From positions 46,941-110,940 of the forward strand of contig CAVVKJ010000007.1 in assembly GCA_963748815.1 (NCBI GenBank): a DNA stretch of 64,000 bases, given 5' to 3'. The position numbers and the translations under genes were made by a program. The first letter of the stretch is position 1, and each line of letters opens with the position of its first letter. Positions 1 through 9,416 of the stretch are shown here, one piece after another. The notes under the pieces are model-generated. The model saw only the letters and a program-made list of their open reading frames with translations, was not told where the DNA came from and did not search any database. This stretch comes from an uncultured Gemmatimonadales bacterium (GTDB lineage Bacteria > Gemmatimonadota > Gemmatimonadetes > Gemmatimonadales > GWC2-71-9).

Positions 1-885
1 CGCACGCGCCCCCACGATGGCCCCCGTTACCGCCGGCCACGCGAGCACCCAGGCGATGGCAATTTCGCCGGTGGACACGCCGTGCCGCTCCGCAACAGGA
101 CGCAGCCCGTCACGCAGGGTCAGGTTGGCGGCGAACCGCGGCCCCGTGAACTCCGAGCCGCGATGGCGGTAGTCGTCGGGGGGTAGGGCGGCGAGTCGCG
201 CCGCGGAGAACCGATCGGTCAGCAGGCCTGACTGCATCGGGCTATACGCGATGACGCCGACATCGTGCGCGCGGCACCAGGGGAGCTCCGCGGCCGCGAC
301 CTTGCGCCGGATGAGCGAGAACGGGGGCTGGAGCGACGCCACCGGCCCGCGCGCGGCGCACCGGTCGAGGAGCGGCACGTCGAAATTGCAGACGCCTGCC
401 CACCGGACCTTCCCCTCAGCGATCAGCCGCAGCATCGTCTCCCACGAGTCCTCGACGGCGGTGCCCGTCTCGTCGGGCCAGTGGAACTGGTACAGGTCGA
501 TGCGCTCCACGCCGAGCCGGCCCAGCGACGCCTCGCACTCCTGCCGGATGGAGGCGGGCCGGAGGACGCGCCGTGGCTCCGCCATGCGATCGCCTGGATC
601 CCAGACGAGGCCGCACTTGGTGAAGAGGAGGGGACGCTCGGCCAACGGCAGCGACGCCACCGCCCGCCCCACCACTTCCTCGGAGTGGCCGAGGCCATAC
701 ACGGCGGCAGTGTCGATCCAGTTGATGCCCAGCTCGACCGCGCGGTGAATGGCGCCCACCGATGCCTCGTCGTCCTGCGGCCCCCATCCGAAGGCCCAGG
801 GGCCGCCGATTGCCCAGGTGCCCAGGCCGAGCGCCGTGATGTCCAGATCGGTCCGCCCAAGGCGGCGACGCGGCAGTGCGGCCAT
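1..885 (-). CDS. Aldo/keto reductase (3' end runs off the window)
   Basis: Own translation from ATG 885: MAALPRRRLGRTDLDITALGLGTWAIGGPWAFGWG...INWIDTAAVYG...IDLYQFHWPD, which are AKR motifs; start overlaps the upstream stop (TGATG). Confidence 0.9.
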   Translation of the reverse strand, partial: MAALPRRRLGRTDLDITALGLGTWAIGGPWAFGWGPQDDEASVGAIHRAVELGINWIDTAAVYGLGHSEEVVGRAVASLPLAERPLLFTKCGLVWDPGDRMAEPRRVLRPASIRQECEASLGRLGVERIDLYQFHWPDETGTAVEDSWETMLRLIAEGKVRWAGVCNFDVPLLDRCAARGPVASLQPPFSLIRRKVAAAELPWCRAHDVGVIAYSPMQSGLLTDRFSAARLAALPPDDYRHRGSEFTGPRFAANLTLRDGLRPVAERHGVSTGEIAIAWVLAWPAVTGAIVGARA

Positions 886-1448
886 CAGTAGATCACCCCG
901 CCCGCGGCCTGGTACGCGGTGAAGAGCGCCCGCGCCTCCTCCCGCATCACGTTCCGCCGGACCGTGACACCCTTCCGCTCCAGGTGGGCATAGCTCTCCG
1001 GGAAGACGGGGCCTTCGTCGTACCCGATGGCCTCGGCGTCTCCCTTGGTGGCGCCGGTCACCAGGGAGGCGGCACCGCTCCAGAAGACGGCGCCGAGGCA
1101 CATCGCGCACGGTTCGCAGGAGGAGACCAGCTCGTGGGGCGGCATTCCCTCCGCACCCAACGAGTGACTGTGCAGCCGGGCCCCCGCCATCATGAGGGCG
1201 ACGACTTCCGCATGGAGCACGCAGTTGTGGGAGGGGACGGCCATGTTCACGCCAACGGCCACGAGTCGTCCGCCATCGCGCTCGAAGACCGCCGCGGCGA
1301 ACGGGCCGCCGGTCGCGCGGCGCACCTGTTCATGCCCCAGCGCGATGACGAGAGCCATCCGGTCCTCGACCCGCGCGTACCGGCGCTGCCAGTCGACGAG
1401 CCCGTCGACCCAGGAAGGGAGTTCGATTTGCAGTCGGGGAGATGGCAT
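885..1448 (-). CDS. Nucleoside/guanine deaminase (cytidine-deaminase-like Zn fold)
   Basis: GGPFAA, HAE and EPCAMC zinc motifs; likely start MPSPRL at 1448. Confidence 0.88.
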   Translation of the reverse strand: MPSPRLQIELPSWVDGLVDWQRRYARVEDRMALVIALGHEQVRRATGGPFAAAVFERDGGRLVAVGVNMAVPSHNCVLHAEVVALMMAGARLHSHSLGAEGMPPHELVSSCEPCAMCLGAVFWSGAASLVTGATKGDAEAIGYDEGPVFPESYAHLERKGVTVRRNVMREEARALFTAYQAAGGVIY

Positions 1449-1485
1449 GGAGTCGTCCTCTCGCGTGGCACGGTGCAGGTCGTGT

Positions 1486-2403
1486 TCAGGTGCCCGGGCG
1501 CATCCGTGTCGTGGTGATGAGTCCAACAGCGAAGAGAATCACCGCCGCCGCGATGAGGATGCGGAGGCTCAACGCCTCGCCCGCCAGGGCCCACCCGAGG
1601 ATGACCGCCACGAGCGGGTTGACATAGGAGATGGTCGCGAGCCGGTCCGGCGTGGTGTGCCGGATGAGCCAGAAGTAGGCCGAATAGGAGATCAGCGAGC
1701 CAAAAATGGCGAGGTACAGGTAGGCCGTGGCCGAGCTGGCGGAGACGCCCGCCCAGGTGAAGTGCTGGAAGTCACCGGCCAGCGCCGCAATCACGAGGAG
1801 CGTCACCCCCGCCACGATCATCTGCTGGGACACGAAGAGCGTGGGGTATTTCGGGCGGGCCAGCTTGATGGCGTAGATCGAGCCGACTGACCAGCTCAGC
1901 GCGGCCCCCGTGAGGACGATGGCACCGATCGGATCGACGTGCTCGCTGCCCGCGAAGTTGCCCGGGACGACCAGGAGGGCGACGCCCCCGAATCCGGTGA
2001 TGAGTCCCGCCACGGTGCGGGCGCCCGGGCGCCGGGCGCCGAGCCAGAGCCAGTTGAGGAGGACGAGCCAAAGGGCTGAAGTGCAGACGATCAGGGCGGT
2101 CAGCCCGCTCGGGACGAGCTGTTCGGCCCAGGTGGTGGCGCCGTTGGCGGTCACCAGCATGAGGACGCCGAGGCCGGCGGCGCGAATCCAGTCCTGTCGC
2201 GACGGGCTCGGCACCCCCTGTCGCACCCTGCTCCAGGCAAAGAGCAGGAGGCCGGCGAGCAGGTGCCGCGACCCCGCCATCAGGAAGGGCGGGATCGACT
2301 CGATGGCGAACCGGATGCCGAGGTAGGTGGACCCCCAGATGAGGTAGACGGCCGCCCATGCCAGCACGAGCCGACTGGTCGCGGGGCGCTCCAGGTCGGT
2401 CAA
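1486..2403 (-). CDS. EamA/DMT family transporter (YedA-like)
   Basis: VYLIWGSTYLGIR, YLAIFGS, SYVNPLVAV; about 10 hydrophobic segments. Confidence 0.9.
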   Translation of the reverse strand: MTDLERPATSRLVLAWAAVYLIWGSTYLGIRFAIESIPPFLMAGSRHLLAGLLLFAWSRVRQGVPSPSRQDWIRAAGLGVLMLVTANGATTWAEQLVPSGLTALIVCTSALWLVLLNWLWLGARRPGARTVAGLITGFGGVALLVVPGNFAGSEHVDPIGAIVLTGAALSWSVGSIYAIKLARPKYPTLFVSQQMIVAGVTLLVIAALAGDFQHFTWAGVSASSATAYLYLAIFGSLISYSAYFWLIRHTTPDRLATISYVNPLVAVILGWALAGEALSLRILIAAAVILFAVGLITTTRMRPGT

Positions 2404-3428
2404 GCGGCTGGCGACGGCGGCGCGGGCGCGTCGCCGCTGAGGCTCACGTACTCCTCGTTGTACATCCGGACCAGTTCAAAGAAGTAGGAGAGCGCGAGCG
2501 GGCCGATCAGCAATCCCAGCAACCCGAGGTAGCGAACGCCGGCGAACGCACCGAGGATGGTGATGAGGGGATGCGTCTGGGCCCAGCGACGGAAGACGAT
2601 GGGCCGGATGACGTTATCGACGTTGCCGACGATCAGCGCGCCGAAGGCCAGCATCCCGAGAGCGGCGAGGTGCGAACCTTCCAGGTAGAGGACGACCGCC
2701 GCCGGAATCCAGACGAGCCCGCTGCCGACCACGGGGAGGATGGCGAAGACGATGGTCACCACACCCCAGAACGCCGCGTTGGGGAGGCCGGCCAGCGCGA
2801 TGGCCACGCCCACCATGAGGCCCTGGATGCTGGCCGTCACGCCGGTTCCGATGACGGTCGAAATCGTCACGGCCCGAAACCGCTCGCGCAGCAGTTCGGC
2901 GCTGGCGGCGCTGAACGGGATATAGGGACGGATGGCGAGCCAGGCCGTGCCTTCCGTGACCAGCATGAAGTACAGCACGAAGAACGCGATGGCCAGATTG
3001 AAGCCCATGAGCGTGACGGTCCCCACCGCGGCGAACGCGCCGCGCCCAATGCCGCCGATCACCGTCTGGCCCACCTTGACGAGTTCGGGACCCACCGCGT
3101 ATCCGGCCACCGTGAGCGACCGCAGCTTGGCCAGCGAGGGGTTCTGCACCAGGTGGGACACCACATCCTGGGCCTGCCCGACGATCATCGTGAGGAGCCA
3201 GGAACCGGGGACGATGATGAGCAGGACCGCCACGAGCACGGTCAGTCCCGACGCCAGCGCCGGGCTCAGGCGCCTGGTGAACCGCTTGTAGACCGGCTCG
3301 AAGATGACGTAGAAGACCGGCGCGGCGAGGAGTCCGGAGACAAACGGCGCCAGCGCCACGAGGATGCCGACGCCCAGCAACAGGATCAGAATCGCGGCTC
3401 GTCCCTGACGGGTACTGACGTTGATCAT
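2400..3428 (-). CDS. AI-2E family transporter (YdiK/TqsA-like)
   Basis: ILPVVGSGLVWIPA, DNVIRP, HPLITILGAFAG, GLLIGP motifs. Confidence 0.88.
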   Translation of the reverse strand: MINVSTRQGRAAILILLLGVGILVALAPFVSGLLAAPVFYVIFEPVYKRFTRRLSPALASGLTVLVAVLLIIVPGSWLLTMIVGQAQDVVSHLVQNPSLAKLRSLTVAGYAVGPELVKVGQTVIGGIGRGAFAAVGTVTLMGFNLAIAFFVLYFMLVTEGTAWLAIRPYIPFSAASAELLRERFRAVTISTVIGTGVTASIQGLMVGVAIALAGLPNAAFWGVVTIVFAILPVVGSGLVWIPAAVVLYLEGSHLAALGMLAFGALIVGNVDNVIRPIVFRRWAQTHPLITILGAFAGVRYLGLLGLLIGPLALSYFFELVRMYNEEYVSLSGDAPAPPSPAA

Positions 3429-3464
3429 CGCAAGGCTCCCTGGGGCTCGGCGGAACAAGGCCGT

Positions 3465-3513
3465 AATCTAGCGCCACGTTCCGTGGCCTGCCCACCCGGT
3501 GGGGCGGTATCTT
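3465..3513. promoter_or_regulatory. Back-to-back -10 elements: TAGATT (- strand, 3465-3470) and TATCTT (+ strand, 3508-3513)
   Basis: TAnnnT hexamers in the short divergent spacer; the + strand hexamer lies 6 nt before ATG 3520. Confidence 0.45.
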
Positions 3514-3519
3514 ACCGAG

Positions 3520-4809
3520 ATGACACGCACGCCCGGGCGCGTCCTCCTTGTCGCCATCGCCATGATGGCCGGCGCCGTGCCCGCCGCCTCGGCGCAGCGC
3601 GGCGGCACCGTCGAACTCGTTCCGCTCGGCCGCTACGCCTTCTTTCCCGACTCCCTGGCGCTCACGAGCGGCTTCGGCGTCGGCGCCGAGGTCGGTCTCT
3701 TCGTCACCAAGAAGCTGAGCCTGGAGATCGGCGGCAGCTTCGCCGCCACGAGCCTCCCCGACTCGACCACCGTGCAGGTGCGTTCGCTGACCGGTCGGTT
3801 CCTGGTTCACCTTCCCCTGCAGGGAGGGACCAGCGCGCTGTTCGGCCTCGGGTACACGCGCACCCGCTACGCCCAGGGGCTCGATCTCGACCAGGAGGGC
3901 GCGGGCGGGCTGGTCGGATTCCGCTTCGGCCTCGGACCGCGGCTGGGACTCCGGGTGGAGGCGACCGCCGACTACGTCGCCCCGCCCGGCGCACAGAACG
4001 ACCGGGAATGGGACCTGGCGCTGCAGGTGGGGCTGTCGATGTTCGCCGGCCCCCTCGGTGCGCGGGACAGCGATCGTGACGGCGTGCCCAACAAGGAGGA
4101 CCGCTGTCCGGGAACTTCCGCGGGCGAGCCCGTCGATCCGACCGGGTGCCCGCTCGCGAAAGACGCCGATGCCGACGGGGTGCTCGACGGTGGGGATCGC
4201 TGCCCCGGAACACCGCGGGGGCAGCGGGTGGACCTGACCGGCTGCAACGCAGACCTCGACGGGGACGGCGTGGCGAACGCCATCGACAGGTGCCCCGCGA
4301 CGCCCCCCGGCACCGCGGCCGACCAGTTCGGGTGCCCCCCACCGGCCGCCCCCTCCGACTCCGACCTCGACGGCGTGCCCGACATGCGGGACCGCTGCCC
4401 GGGGACTCCCGCGGGGACTCCGGTCGACGCCCTCGGCTGTCCGACGCCCGCCGTCGTGAGGGACACCACACCTCGCCTGATCCTGCACGGCGTGACCTTC
4501 GCGACGGGGAGCGCCACGCTCACGCCGGGGGCGCAGTCATCCCTTCGCGTCACGGCGGCGTCGCTGCTCGGCCAACCGGCCGTGCGCCTCGAGGTGGCCG
4601 GGTACACGGATGACACCGGCTCACGCGCCGTGAACGAGCGCCTGTCGCAGGCCCGCGCGGAATCGGTACGCGCCTTTCTCGTCTCGTCGGGTGTCCCGTC
4701 GGACCGGTTGACGGCACGCGGATACGGCCCAGCCGATCCGCTCGCGAGCAACGCCACCGCCGAAGGGAGAGCACTCAACCGGCGCGTGGAATTGCGCCGC
4801 CTCGACTGA
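3520..4809 (+). CDS. OmpA-family outer membrane protein with four thrombospondin type-3 repeats
   Basis: Signal peptide, beta-barrel-like N-terminal half, four DxDxDGV..DRCPxT repeats, OmpA C-domain (GYTD...NERLSQARAESV...NRRVE). Confidence 0.92.
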   Translation: MTRTPGRVLLVAIAMMAGAVPAASAQRGGTVELVPLGRYAFFPDSLALTSGFGVGAEVGLFVTKKLSLEIGGSFAATSLPDSTTVQVRSLTGRFLVHLPLQGGTSALFGLGYTRTRYAQGLDLDQEGAGGLVGFRFGLGPRLGLRVEATADYVAPPGAQNDREWDLALQVGLSMFAGPLGARDSDRDGVPNKEDRCPGTSAGEPVDPTGCPLAKDADADGVLDGGDRCPGTPRGQRVDLTGCNADLDGDGVANAIDRCPATPPGTAADQFGCPPPAAPSDSDLDGVPDMRDRCPGTPAGTPVDALGCPTPAVVRDTTPRLILHGVTFATGSATLTPGAQSSLRVTAASLLGQPAVRLEVAGYTDDTGSRAVNERLSQARAESVRAFLVSSGVPSDRLTARGYGPADPLASNATAEGRALNRRVELRRLD

Positions 4810-4959
4810 CCGGGCCGCGGGCCACACCGCTCCCGCAGGAGATTTCTTCAACTCGCGTTCCGTTTCCCTTCATAGTTGGTAGGCAATTCTTCGCCAGTGG
4901 TCTGCGGCGTTCCCCTGCGGGGCCGCCGGCACGACGCCTGAAACTTCAGGAGGAAGACG

Positions 4960-6165
4960 ATGTCAGTTCGCACTGCCTCGCTCGCTGGCGCCTTCGTGGC
5001 GGTCCTCGCCCTTTCTCTGCCCAGCGAGGCCTCGGCCATCCCCGCATTCGCCCGCAAGTACCGGGTGAGCTGCAGCCTCTGCCACAATCCCTTCCCCGCC
5101 CTGACGGCGTTCGGGGAGCAGTTTGCCGGCAACGGATTCCGGATGGCCATCGACGAGGAACCGAGGGATACGATCGCCACCGGCGACGACCTCCTGACGC
5201 TGCCCTCCAGCCTCCCCCTCGCGCTGCGACTGGACGCCTACGCCCAGCTCTACTCCGACGGCAAGGCGGCCACCGACTTCCAGATGCCGTGGAACCTGAA
5301 GCTGCTCTCCGGCGGAACGCTCGGGAAGAAGCTGTCATACTACGTCTACTTCCTGCTGGCTGAGCGGGGAGAGGTGGCGGGCGTCGAGGACGCGTTCATC
5401 TACTGGAATGACATCGGCGGCGCGCCGGTGGACCTCGCGGTCGGACAGTTCCAGGTCTCCGACCCGATGTTCAAGCGGGAGCTCCGGCTGGAAGTCATGG
5501 ACTACGCCATCTACAAGGTGCTTGTCGGCCTGCAGCCCGCGAACCTGACCTACGACCGCGGCTTCATGGCCTCGGCGGACCTGGCGGGGTTCACGATCAC
5601 CGGCACCCTGGTGAACGGGGACGGCATTCCGGCCATCAATCCGGCGTTCAAGTACGACAACGACGCGAACAAGAATCTCTTCGGGCACATCTCCCGCGAC
5701 CTCGGCAGCCACGCCCGCCTCGGCCTGATGGGGTACACCGGGCGGCAGAACGGCGACATCTACGGATTCCCGGACCAGAACAACGACATCTCGATGTGGG
5801 GAGCGGACGCGACCTTTGGCGCGGGCATCTTCCAGCTCAACCTCCAGTACGTCGCCAGGACGGACACGGAGGCGGAGTTCATCCCCGATGAGCCGACGGT
5901 GGACACCAAGGGGGGGTTCGCCGAGGTCCTGGTGCGGCCGGTGGGAAGCCGCTGGTACGGGTATGGGCTGTACAACTACATCGAGGCCAACGCGCCGGTC
6001 CTGAACGTCAAGATGTTCGTGCCGATCGACGTGTCCGAGTACGAGTCGATCGCGGTCGGCGGCGGCTACCTGGTCTACCGGAACTTCAGGGTGTACGGCG
6101 AGTACGGGTATGACTTCAACAACGAGCTCAATCGGTTGACCGCCGGTTTCACCACGGCATTCTGA
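4960..6165 (+). CDS. Cyc2-like fused monoheme cytochrome c-porin (outer membrane)
   Basis: Signal peptide ...ASA, then IPAFARKYRVSCSLCHNPFPALTAFGEQFAGNGFR (Cyc2/Cyt572-type N-terminal motif); aromatic-rich beta-strand pattern; C-terminal Phe; RBS AGGAGG. Confidence 0.8.
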   Translation: MSVRTASLAGAFVAVLALSLPSEASAIPAFARKYRVSCSLCHNPFPALTAFGEQFAGNGFRMAIDEEPRDTIATGDDLLTLPSSLPLALRLDAYAQLYSDGKAATDFQMPWNLKLLSGGTLGKKLSYYVYFLLAERGEVAGVEDAFIYWNDIGGAPVDLAVGQFQVSDPMFKRELRLEVMDYAIYKVLVGLQPANLTYDRGFMASADLAGFTITGTLVNGDGIPAINPAFKYDNDANKNLFGHISRDLGSHARLGLMGYTGRQNGDIYGFPDQNNDISMWGADATFGAGIFQLNLQYVARTDTEAEFIPDEPTVDTKGGFAEVLVRPVGSRWYGYGLYNYIEANAPVLNVKMFVPIDVSEYESIAVGGGYLVYRNFRVYGEYGYDFNNELNRLTAGFTTAF

Positions 6166-6176
6166 GGAAGGGCCAC

Positions 6177-6581
6177 ATGTCTACCTATCGCGCCATCGGT
6201 GCCGCGGCCATCCTCCTGGGATGCACCGCCATCCGCGCCGGTGCGCAGGCCCAGGCACCGACACCGACACCGCTCCCCGAAGGCGTCACGCCGGCCATGG
6301 TCACCCAGGGCGCCTCGATCTTCAAAGGCCCGGGGATGTGTTCTGTCTGTCACGGGATCGACGGGAAGGGAGGAGTGGGACCCAACCTCACTGATACCAC
6401 GTGGATTCATTCGAAGGGAAGCTACGAGGAGATCGTCCAGCAGATCACGACCGGTGTCCCGACCAAGGAATCGAAGAGCGGGATTCCCATGCCGCCCAAG
6501 GGGGGCAGTGGGATCAATGAGTCGCAGGTGAAGGCGGTGGCCGCGTACGTCTGGACGCTGAGCCATCCGGGCGCGAAGTAG
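6177..6581 (+). CDS. Periplasmic class I monoheme cytochrome c
   Basis: Signal peptide, CSVCH, GPNL, distal PMP Met ligand. Confidence 0.9.
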   Translation: MSTYRAIGAAAILLGCTAIRAGAQAQAPTPTPLPEGVTPAMVTQGASIFKGPGMCSVCHGIDGKGGVGPNLTDTTWIHSKGSYEEIVQQITTGVPTKESKSGIPMPPKGGSGINESQVKAVAAYVWTLSHPGAK

Positions 6582-6584
6582 GCA

Positions 6585-7742
6585 CTACCGCACCTGCCTG
6601 CGCCCGCCGAACCAGAGAACTCCCCCGAGCGCGATGCCCAGGATGCCGAGCGCCGAGGGCCAGTACGGCGTGCGGCGGGGCTCTGGCAATCCCGCGTCGC
6701 GGATCTGCCGCCGCAGCTGCCCCTGAAACCACGCGCCCAGCGACATCCCGGCCACTGCCTGAAAGGCCTCCGGGACGGGGCGGGTGCTCGTCCAGAACTC
6801 GGCAAAGCGCGCCGCCCCGAGGTCCTCCAACATCATCGCGAGAAGGCCCTGCACCGCCATGCTGGGAAGGTCGAACTGGCCCTCAATCCCCCGCCGCATC
6901 ACCCATTCATTGCCGACCACCCCACTCGGCAGCCAGTTGGAGGCTTCGGCCGGCGCCTCCAGGAACACCGCCTCACAGAGCTGCGGCCGATCGAAGACGC
7001 AGGCCTCGAGCATCATCGATTCGCCGTAAAACGAGCCGCGCATTTGCCCGAGGAGGCGATACTGCCATCCCGGCGCCTCCACCGCGTCCGGCAACGAGAT
7101 GAGCGGCTGGTAGTTGGGCGGGACGCTGGCCGCCACGTCCCAGAGGCGGGCGTCGAGCCAGGCGCGTACCTTCGGCCCCGGCGCCCCGAAGCGCGATTGG
7201 AACCAGCACGGACCCACGGCGCCAAGCCAGGGCGCCTGCCTCCAGGTGAACTGCTCGTAGCGGTTGAGCGCACTGTCCCCGGGCGAGACGATGTGCACTG
7301 TGGTGCAGACTTCTTCCGCATCACGGCGCGAAAAGAGCGCAAAGGAGGACAATGTTCCGGTGGGGAGGCTGGAGTCGTTCGGCCACTGGATGACCGCGAG
7401 GCGCACGGGAGCCCCCTGGAGTGCCGGTTCGGTGAGGGTGGAAAAGAGACTCTCCGCCACCTCGACCGCTGCCGACGCGCCCTCACCGAGAATGAGGACC
7501 GCGGGCGCAGCACCGACGGGATAGGTCGCGAACGCGGAATCGACTCTGTCCCGCAATGCACCTGTCCGCACCTGCCACCCGAGGTGCCGGATGGAGTCCC
7601 TGAGCTCCCTTTGTGCCGTCCTGTCCGCCGCCAGCAGTCGGCGGGCGCGGCGGCTGCCGACGTTGCCACCGAAGACGGACCAGGCGGAGAGCACGACGGC
7701 CATCGCCGCGAGCGTGCCGAGCACGCGATTGCTCACCGCCAT
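6585..7742 (-). CDS. Hypothetical exported protein with C-terminal membrane anchor
   Basis: Start MAVSNRVLG at 7742; hydrophobic segments at both termini; last gene of the GntR/ABC operon. Confidence 0.7.
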   Translation of the reverse strand: MAVSNRVLGTLAAMAVVLSAWSVFGGNVGSRRARRLLAADRTAQRELRDSIRHLGWQVRTGALRDRVDSAFATYPVGAAPAVLILGEGASAAVEVAESLFSTLTEPALQGAPVRLAVIQWPNDSSLPTGTLSSFALFSRRDAEEVCTTVHIVSPGDSALNRYEQFTWRQAPWLGAVGPCWFQSRFGAPGPKVRAWLDARLWDVAASVPPNYQPLISLPDAVEAPGWQYRLLGQMRGSFYGESMMLEACVFDRPQLCEAVFLEAPAEASNWLPSGVVGNEWVMRRGIEGQFDLPSMAVQGLLAMMLEDLGAARFAEFWTSTRPVPEAFQAVAGMSLGAWFQGQLRRQIRDAGLPEPRRTPYWPSALGILGIALGGVLWFGGRRQVR

Positions 7743-8770
7743 CGGGGGCCTCGCAGGAGGAGGATCAGAATCGACGCCGACCAGAGCAGGCTGATCAGGA
7801 GTTCCGACGACGGATGGAGCGGACCGCGCGGCGAGGCATGCCGGACCTCGGCGATCCAGCGAACGAGCAGGGCGTCGAGCGGCACCCCAGCGGCCGCGGC
7901 GAGGCGGGATTCGAGCGGGAGTGACCGGTCGCGGACGAGCCGCTGAAAGGCGGAATCGCCGCCGGCGTCCAGCGCCAGCTCGACCAGGTACCTCCGCCCC
8001 TCGGCTCCGACGGGAGGAAGCAGCCGGAGGGGAGTCAACACCGCGCGACACGCCGACAAGTCGTTGCGACTCATGCACGACTGGCGATTCGCCAGGTCCG
8101 CCCCGTTGAGTTCTCCCTCGATCAGTTCCGCCAGCCGCGGCCAGGTGGAGGCGGAATACCACTCCCCGAGCGTGTCGGCCGCCAGGCCAAGCCCGATCGA
8201 GACGGCACACTTCGATGCGACACCCTCGAGACACGCCACATTGGAGCGCGCCGGCCGTCGGGCGAGCTGGACCACGACGTCCTTCAGGGCGCCTCTATCG
8301 ACAAGGAGCCCGGGCACGTTGCCCCGCAGCCAGCCGGTGAGGACAGGGTCCTCGTGCTGCCAGATGGCGCGGGCGCTCGTCCGCATGAACATGCCCGCAA
8401 GCTCGCGCACCGCCGAGGAATCGCTGCGCGTCGTTCCGGTGGGACCCCATTGCACCACCGGCACGTCGACCGATCCCACCACGGCAATCCCGAACTGCGC
8501 AATGAGCCCGCGCCACGCTTCCTCCGCCGCCTGCTGTACCAGCGGGCGATACGGCGCCGAGGTGGCGACGCGCAACCCTCCGACCACCACCGTGTCATTG
8601 GTCCTGGCTCGGCTGGCCGCGCTCTCGCGCGCGGCAATGGCGCGGTTGAGCGAATCGAGCCGGACCTCCATCCGCGCCAGGTTGGCGGCCGGATCCTGGG
8701 CGGCGGCCGGCGTCGTACCGGCCAGCCCCACCAGCAGAGCGATCCATCCGCGACGTCCCTTACACATCAA
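7733..8770 (-). CDS. Hypothetical exported protein with C-terminal membrane anchor
   Basis: Signal peptide (...TPAAA-QD), paired Cys, C-terminal TM; overlaps both neighbours. Confidence 0.7.
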   Translation of the reverse strand: MMCKGRRGWIALLVGLAGTTPAAAQDPAANLARMEVRLDSLNRAIAARESAASRARTNDTVVVGGLRVATSAPYRPLVQQAAEEAWRGLIAQFGIAVVGSVDVPVVQWGPTGTTRSDSSAVRELAGMFMRTSARAIWQHEDPVLTGWLRGNVPGLLVDRGALKDVVVQLARRPARSNVACLEGVASKCAVSIGLGLAADTLGEWYSASTWPRLAELIEGELNGADLANRQSCMSRNDLSACRAVLTPLRLLPPVGAEGRRYLVELALDAGGDSAFQRLVRDRSLPLESRLAAAAGVPLDALLVRWIAEVRHASPRGPLHPSSELLISLLWSASILILLLRGPRWR

Positions 8771-9416
8771 TCAGCATCCAGCGAGACCGAAAGATGGCCA
8801 GCGGGCTGTAGGGGCTGAGGAGGGCATCCGCGACCGCCCCCATGGGACTCCACCCCAGCGAGACGAGGTCCGCGAGCAGGGAGGCCACGATCAGCAGCAG
8901 GAACAGCGCGACGACGCCTCGCGCGGCGCGCGGGGTCAGTCCGTTGAGCGCAAAGAGAATGGTGTATGCCGAGAGTCCGGCGAGGAAGAACCGGAGGCTG
9001 ATCCCGAAGGGATAGCCGTGCAGCAACGGCGGCAGGGAGAGGCGGCTCGTGGCGACCAGCGCCGACAGGTTCATCGCCACGGTCACGACGAGGAGGAGGC
9101 ACACCCCGGCCGCGTAGCGGAGCAACAGGTAGCGGTGGCGCGCAATCGGCAGGGTCAGGGCGTAAACATGCCTGGTGCGGTGGTCGGGCCACCATGCTCC
9201 CGCCGAGAGCAGCAGGGCCGCGAGCAACGCGATGATCGGATACGCTGCACCCCACTGGGCTGTCGACGCGAGGAGCTCCCAGGCGGCCCACGGGTTGCCC
9301 GGCGACCAGCTCCCCCGCAGCGAGAGGAGCGGGACGGCAACGGCCGCTGCCGCCAGGACCAGCACGGCCAGGCGGCTCTCGCGCCACTGGGTGAAGAGCA
9401 TCATCCGGAACATCAT
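8760..9416 (-). CDS. ABC-2 type permease
   Basis: Multi-TM; YALTLPIARHRYLLLRY motif; ATGA overlap with the ATPase stop. Confidence 0.75.
   Translation of the reverse strand: MMFRMMLFTQWRESRLAVLVLAAAAVAVPLLSLRGSWSPGNPWAAWELLASTAQWGAAYPIIALLAALLLSAGAWWPDHRTRHVYALTLPIARHRYLLLRYAAGVCLLLVVTVAMNLSALVATSRLSLPPLLHGYPFGISLRFFLAGLSAYTILFALNGLTPRAARGVVALFLLLIVASLLADLVSLGWSPMGAVADALLSPYSPLAIFRSRWMLIDV

Noticed and set aside
4069..4440. Repeated DNA segments in ompA
   Set aside because: Ordinary coding thrombospondin type-3 repeats
4926..4950. Sigma54 promoter upstream of the Cyc2-like gene (CCGGCACG-N4-CTGA) and palindrome CCTGAA-AC-TTCAGG
   Set aside because: The -12 element lacks the invariant GC; too weak to call
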